64,000 nucleotides of DNA, taken from NCBI GenBank assembly GCA_963805345.1, contig CAWDUA010000012.1, forward strand, positions 503-64,502, given 5' to 3'. A program made the position numbers and the translations under genes. Positions within the stretch are counted from its first letter, which is position 1, and each line of letters begins with the position of its first letter. A model generated the notes under the pieces. The model saw nothing but the letters and a program-made list of their open reading frames with translations. It made no database searches and had not been told where the DNA came from. The DNA is from an uncultured Actinomycetota bacterium. Lineage in GTDB: Bacteria; Actinomycetota; Actinomycetes; Propionibacteriales; Nocardioidaceae. Positions 59,072 through 64,000 of the stretch are shown here, one piece after another.

Positions 59072-59953
59072 GTGAGCAACCGATGGGGGATGGCGCGACC
59101 CGGACGCGGGTCTGACGACGGCTGGTTCCGGCTCGGCAGCGTCGACGTCACCACCACCGTCCTGGTGGTCGTGGTGGCCATCGCGTCGTTCGTGGTCTGG
59201 GCCCTCGAGCCACCGAGCAAGCCGATCCAGTCCGCCCTGCTGCTCAACCCCGACTCCTTCATCCACGGTCAGGTGTGGCGGGTCGTCACCTGGCCGATCG
59301 CCTACCCCAACGGGATGGGCATCTTCGACGTCATCGCCGTCGCCATCTTCTGGTACTTCGGGACCGAGATCGAGGGGTTGCTCGGCAGGAAGCGGATGGC
59401 CTGGTTCCTGGGCCTGGTGACGGTCGGGCTGGGCCTGCTGTGGGTCGCCGTCGCCGAGATCGGCTTCCGCTTCGGTCTCCTCTTCTCGCTGAACCAGCTC
59501 GAGCTGATGGTGCTGCTGGTCTTCATCGCCGAGTACCCCCGACGGCGTTTCTTCTTCAACATCCCGGGCTGGGTGATCGGCCTGGTCATCGTCGGGATCT
59601 CGGTGCTCGGCTACGTCGGCAACCGCGACTGGCTGCTCCTGCTGAACTTCGTCCTGGGTCTCGCCCTGACCGCTGTCATCGCCCGGTCGCTGGGGCTGAT
59701 GGCGGAGCTGACGTGGGTGCCCAACCTGGCCATCAAGAGGAAGCCGAAGAAGCAGAAGCGCTCCCGTCGTACGACGGGGGAGGGCACCGTGGTGACCGGC
59801 CCCTGGCAGCCGGCGCCGACGCCGCCTGTCTCGCGGGACCAGGCGGAGCTCGACGCCTTGCTCGACAAGATCCACGCCAGCGGCATGGACTCCCTGACCG
59901 ACCAGGAGCGGGAGCAGCTGCTCGTCCTGCGCGACCGGCTCCGCCGGCGCTGA
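59072..59953 (+). CDS. Rhomboid-like membrane protein with C-terminal DUF6576-like tail
   Basis: GQVWRVVTW, about 6 TM helices, ELDALLDKIHASGMDSLT..ER..L. Confidence 0.75.
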   Translation: MSNRWGMARPGRGSDDGWFRLGSVDVTTTVLVVVVAIASFVVWALEPPSKPIQSALLLNPDSFIHGQVWRVVTWPIAYPNGMGIFDVIAVAIFWYFGTEIEGLLGRKRMAWFLGLVTVGLGLLWVAVAEIGFRFGLLFSLNQLELMVLLVFIAEYPRRRFFFNIPGWVIGLVIVGISVLGYVGNRDWLLLLNFVLGLALTAVIARSLGLMAELTWVPNLAIKRKPKKQKRSRRTTGEGTVVTGPWQPAPTPPVSRDQAELDALLDKIHASGMDSLTDQEREQLLVLRDRLRRR

Positions 59954-60122
59954 GCCGACGCCGCGGGGTCACCGACCCGACACCGGCCCGGCTGCCGGGG
60001 ATCGGGGGTGCTGCTGGGTAGGGTGAGGGTCGCTGCACTTCCCCGCCGGCACCCGCTGCGCCTGCAGTCCGACCCCAGGAAATGCGACCCAGTCGCGCCG
60101 TGAACAGGACGAGGGAGCCCCG

Positions 60123-63100
60123 TTGTACCTGAAGAGCCTGACCCTCAAGGGGTTCAAGTCCTTCGCGTCGTCGACCACGCTGCAGCTGGAGCCGGGGATC
60201 ACCTGCATCGTCGGTCCCAACGGCTCGGGCAAGTCCAACGTCGTCGACGCGCTCGCCTGGGTGATGGGCGAGCAGGGCGCCAAGAGCCTGCGCGGCGGCA
60301 AGATGGAGGACGTCATCTTCGCCGGCACCTCGGGCCGACCACCGCTCGGTCGGGCCGAGGTCCTCCTCACCATCGACAACAGCGACGGCGCGCTCCCGAT
60401 CGAGTACGCCGAGGTCACGATCAGCCGCACCATGTTCCGCTCCGGGGGCTCGGAGTACGCCATCAACGGCACTCCCTGTCGTCTCCTCGACGTGCAGGAG
60501 CTGCTCAGCGACTCCGGCATCGGCCGCGAGATGCACGTGATCGTCGGCCAGGGCCAGCTCGACACCATCCTGCACGCCACTCCCGAGGACCGACGCGGCT
60601 TCATCGAGGAGGCTGCGGGTGTCCTCAAGCACCGCAAGCGCAAGGAGAAGGCGCTCCGCAAGCTCGACTCCACCGACGGCAACCTGACCCGGCTCGGTGA
60701 CCTGCTCAGCGAGATCCGGCGCCAGCTCAAGCCGCTCGGCCGGCAGGCCGAGGTGGCTCGCCGGGCGGCGGTGGTCCAGGCCGACGTCCGCGACGCCCGG
60801 GCGCGCCTGATCGCCGACGACCTGGTCGCCGCGCGCACGGCCCTCCAGCAGGAGCTGGCCGACGAGTCGATCCTGGTCGAGCGACGGGTGGAGGTCGAGG
60901 CGGCGGTCGCGCAGGCCCAGGCGGCCGAGGCCCGGCTCGAGGCGTCGCTGCGCGACGACCTGCCGGCGCTGGCCCGGGCACAGGAGACCTGGTTCGGGCT
61001 GTCCGGCATGCGTGAGCGTCTCCGTGGGACGGCCTCCCTCGCCGCCGAGCGGGTCCGCAACGCCGCCGGGTCCGAGCAGGAGACACTCGACCTCGGACGT
61101 GACCCGGACGAGCTCGAGGCGGAGGCCACGCGGATCCGCGACCAGGAGTCGGTGATCGCCGCCGAGGTCGAGACCCACCGGGCCGCGCTCGAGGCCGCGG
61201 TGACCACCCGCCGCACCTGCGAGGAGGAGGCGGCCGAGGAGGAGCGCCACGTCGCGGGCCTGCTCCGTGCCGCGGCAGACCGCCGCGAGGGGCTGGCCCG
61301 GCTCGCCGGCCAGGTGAACGCCCTCCAGTCGCGCGCCGCGGCGGCCGACGAGGAGATCGGACGCCTCGAGGCGTCCCGGGCCGCGGCGGTGGCCCGTGCG
61401 GACCGGGCCCAGCACGACTTCACCGCGCTCGAGACGCGGATCGCCGGCCTCGACGCCGGCGAGGAGGGCCTCGACACCGAGCACGAGGCCGCGCTGGCCG
61501 TCCTCGACGACCTGACCGAGCGGCTGGCCAAGTCACGCGAGGAGGCCGCCCAGGCCGACCGCGACCGCTCCGGCCTCCAGGCCCGCACCGAGGCACTGAG
61601 CCTCGGCCTCAACCGGAAGGACGGCGCCGGCGCGCTGCTGGCTGCGTCCGACTCGGTCTCGGGCCTGCTCGGGTCCGTGGCGGCGGTGCTGAGCGTCGAC
61701 CCCGGCTACGAGACCGCGATCGCCGCGGCGCTCGGCTCCGCAGCGGACGCCGTCGCGGTCGCCGACGGCGACGCGGCCGTGTCGGCGATCGACCATCTCA
61801 AGACCGGTGACCTCGGGCGCGCCGGGCTGCTGCTCGGCGGCGGTGTGACCGATCCTTCGACGACGCTCGCGACGAGCGACGCGTGGCCCGGGCTCCCCGG
61901 CCACGCGTCGTACGCCGTCGACGTCGTCTCGTGCCCCGACACCCTGCGCCCGGCGCTGGCGCGGCTGATGTTCAAGACCGCCGTCGTGGGCGACCTCGAG
62001 GCCGCCCGCGCGCTCGTCGCCGACCTGCCCGACGTGACCGCGGTCACGCGCGAGGGTGACGTCTTCGGCGCCCACTTCGCGGCCGGTGGGTCCGCCTCGC
62101 AGCCCAGCCTCCTGGAGATCCAGGCGGCCTACGACGAGGCCTCGGCGCAGCTCGCCGAGGCGATCTCCGCCTCCGAGCGGCTCGGCTTCGACATCGCCCG
62201 CCTCGACGCGGAGCGGCTCGACGCCCAACGCCGGGTCGACGTGGCACTGGCGAAGCTCCACGAGTCGGACGCCACCTTGGCGGCCGTGGCCGAAGAGCTC
62301 GGCCACTACGGCACGACCGCGCGCTCGGCCCGCGCCGAGGCCGAGCGGATCGCGACCGCGATGGCGGCCGCGCAGGAGGCGCGCGACCAGGACCTCGCCG
62401 GGCTCGCCGACCTCGAGGCCCGCCTGGCGGCGGCCCACGACGCGACCGACGAGGAGCCCGACACCACCCGGCGCGAGCAGCTGGCCGACGCGGCGCGGGC
62501 CGCCCGCCAGTCGGAGATGGACGCCCGGCTCGCCCTTCGCACGAGTGAGGAGCGGGCCCGGGCCCTCCACGGCCGCGCCGACTCCCTCCTCCGGGCGGCC
62601 GACGCCGAGCGCGAGGCCCGCGCCCGGGCGATCGAGCGCCGCGAGCGGCTGGTCCGCGAGGGCCGCGCCGCCCAGGCCGTCGGCGTCGCCGTGACCGTGG
62701 TCCTGGCCAAGCTCGAGGTGTCGATCCACCGGGCCGCCGAGCAGCGCGCCGCAGTGGAGGCGACCCGTGCCGACCGCGAGCAGGAGCTCCTGGCGGTGCG
62801 CTCCACCCTTCGCGACCTGGCCCGCGAGCACGACGAGCTCGTCAACTCGGTGCACCGCGACGAGATGGCCCGGACCCAGCAGCGGATGCGCATCGAGCAG
62901 CTGTCCGAGCGGGCCATGGACGAGCTCGGGCTCGACGAGGAGGCACTGGTCGCCGACTACGGGCCCGACCAGCTCGTCCCGCGTCTGTTCGCCGACGGTG
63001 ACCAGGACGCCGCTGAAGGGGAGCCGGGCGAACCGTACCCCTTCGAGCGCGAGGAGCAGACCAAGCGGCTGCGCGCCGCCGAGCGGGCGCTGGCCCTGCT

Positions 63101-63701
63101 GGGCAAGGTCAACCCGCTGGCGCTCGAGGAGTTCTCGGCGCTGGAGGAGCGCCACAAGTTCCTGACCGAGCAGCTCGAGGACCTCAAGGCCACGCGGAAG
63201 GACCTCCTCGACATCGTCCGCGAGGTCGACGCTCGCGTGCAGCAGGTCTTCACCGAGGCCTACGCCGACGTGGCCGCCGCCTTCGACGAGACCTTCTCGC
63301 GGCTGTTCCCCGGTGGCGAGGGCCGACTCGTGCTGACCGATCCCTCCGACATGCTCACGACCGGCGTCGAGGTCGAGGCCCGGCCGCCCGGCAAGAAGGT
63401 CAAGCGGCTGTCGCTGCTCTCCGGGGGAGAGCGGTCGCTGGTGGCCGTCGCCTTCCTGGTGGCGCTCTTCAAGGCCCGCCCCTCGCCGTTCTACATCCTC
63501 GACGAGGTCGAGGCTGCCCTCGACGACACCAACCTCGGCCGCCTGTTGCAGATCTACGAGGAGCTCCGCGCCCACAGCCAGCTGCTCGTGATCACCCACC
63601 AGAAGCGCACCATGGAGGTCGGCGACGCCCTCTACGGCGTCACCATGCGCGGCGACGGCGTCTCGACGGTGATCAGCCAGCGGCTGCGGGAGCACGCCTG
63701 A
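60123..63701 (+). CDS. smc: Chromosome segregation protein SMC
   Basis: GFKSF, GPNGSGKSN, LSGGE, LDEVEAALD. Confidence 0.98.
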   Translation: MYLKSLTLKGFKSFASSTTLQLEPGITCIVGPNGSGKSNVVDALAWVMGEQGAKSLRGGKMEDVIFAGTSGRPPLGRAEVLLTIDNSDGALPIEYAEVTISRTMFRSGGSEYAINGTPCRLLDVQELLSDSGIGREMHVIVGQGQLDTILHATPEDRRGFIEEAAGVLKHRKRKEKALRKLDSTDGNLTRLGDLLSEIRRQLKPLGRQAEVARRAAVVQADVRDARARLIADDLVAARTALQQELADESILVERRVEVEAAVAQAQAAEARLEASLRDDLPALARAQETWFGLSGMRERLRGTASLAAERVRNAAGSEQETLDLGRDPDELEAEATRIRDQESVIAAEVETHRAALEAAVTTRRTCEEEAAEEERHVAGLLRAAADRREGLARLAGQVNALQSRAAAADEEIGRLEASRAAAVARADRAQHDFTALETRIAGLDAGEEGLDTEHEAALAVLDDLTERLAKSREEAAQADRDRSGLQARTEALSLGLNRKDGAGALLAASDSVSGLLGSVAAVLSVDPGYETAIAAALGSAADAVAVADGDAAVSAIDHLKTGDLGRAGLLLGGGVTDPSTTLATSDAWPGLPGHASYAVDVVSCPDTLRPALARLMFKTAVVGDLEAARALVADLPDVTAVTREGDVFGAHFAAGGSASQPSLLEIQAAYDEASAQLAEAISASERLGFDIARLDAERLDAQRRVDVALAKLHESDATLAAVAEELGHYGTTARSARAEAERIATAMAAAQEARDQDLAGLADLEARLAAAHDATDEEPDTTRREQLADAARAARQSEMDARLALRTSEERARALHGRADSLLRAADAEREARARAIERRERLVREGRAAQAVGVAVTVVLAKLEVSIHRAAEQRAAVEATRADREQELLAVRSTLRDLAREHDELVNSVHRDEMARTQQRMRIEQLSERAMDELGLDEEALVADYGPDQLVPRLFADGDQDAAEGEPGEPYPFEREEQTKRLRAAERALALLGKVNPLALEEFSALEERHKFLTEQLEDLKATRKDLLDIVREVDARVQQVFTEAYADVAAAFDETFSRLFPGGEGRLVLTDPSDMLTTGVEVEARPPGKKVKRLSLLSGGERSLVAVAFLVALFKARPSPFYILDEVEAALDDTNLGRLLQIYEELRAHSQLLVITHQKRTMEVGDALYGVTMRGDGVSTVISQRLREHA

Positions 63702-63816
63702 GCCGTGGGCGGGGCGTGAGCCGGCACCGCGTCGCCGTGGTGTGCCGGCTGATGCACCGCCAGGCCGGACCGCGCCGCCCGGAGCCGCCATCCCACCTGT
63801 CCGCCACAATGACGTC

Positions 63817-64000
63817 GTGACCGATGGACAGCAGCGCCCGCCTCGTCCGACCCGCGCCGACTACCTGCACTGGTCGACCGCGACGACCCGGTGGGCCGAC
63901 CTCGACGGCTTCGGCCACATGAACAACGCCCGCTACTTCGAGCTGATCGACACCGCGATCGACACCCACCTCCAGGACGCGATCGGGGGAGCGGTCGACA
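63817..64000 (+). CDS. Acyl-CoA thioesterase (4HBT-like), partial
   Basis: TRWADLDGFGHMNNARYFELID; runs off the window. Confidence 0.85.
   Translation, partial: MTDGQQRPPRPTRADYLHWSTATTRWADLDGFGHMNNARYFELIDTAIDTHLQDAIGGAVD

Noticed and set aside
51185-59890. CAGCGGCAT matches at about 51190 and 59878
   Set aside because: Inside coding sequence (Ser-Gly-Ile/Met codons) with no left arm; chance matches.
49008-63809. Long antisense or alternate-frame ORFs over thiL, DAK2, recG, rnc/mutM and smc
   Set aside because: Typical high-GC shadow ORFs with no motifs, opposite well-supported genes.

Overview
GC-rich actinobacterial chromosome segment. Gene content and order suggest a Nocardioides-like organism (inference). 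It has three parts. (1) 1-25036 is the right-hand part of a genomic island that ends in a displaced 3' half of tRNA-Glu(CTC). It carries a frameshifted MobF relaxase-helicase, a degenerate IS30, an SSB-like gene and many unrelated 1-2-gene accessory units. These units are repeatedly separated by about 15 copies of one family of short semi-palindromic sites (CCGCTCATCGGCA...GACAGCGGCAT..GGACGT and a CGGCGRAGTGACGC variant). Full-length copies were not seen outside the island. This is the main candidate for an undescribed, integron-like cassette system. No integrase is in the window. (2) 28168-35691 is an accessory-looking heme-copper oxidase cluster: cupredoxin-like gene, ctaC, ctaD, ctaE, ctaG-like, SCO, TlpA, ctaB. 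Its subunit I keeps the D-channel and HPEVY, but has Leu at the K-channel Lys position and an N-terminal membrane extension. (3) 36.7-64 kb is conserved housekeeping backbone (bioY, ada-alkA, ogt, IclR, leuCD, hup, cofC, plsC, gpsA, ddl, thiL, rpmB, DAK2, recG, rsmD, coaD, yceD, rpmF, rnc, mutM, smc). Single-base indels, including one in cofC, suggest assembly errors, so pseudogene and fusion calls are provisional. Family calls come from motif recognition by eye; no database search was run.
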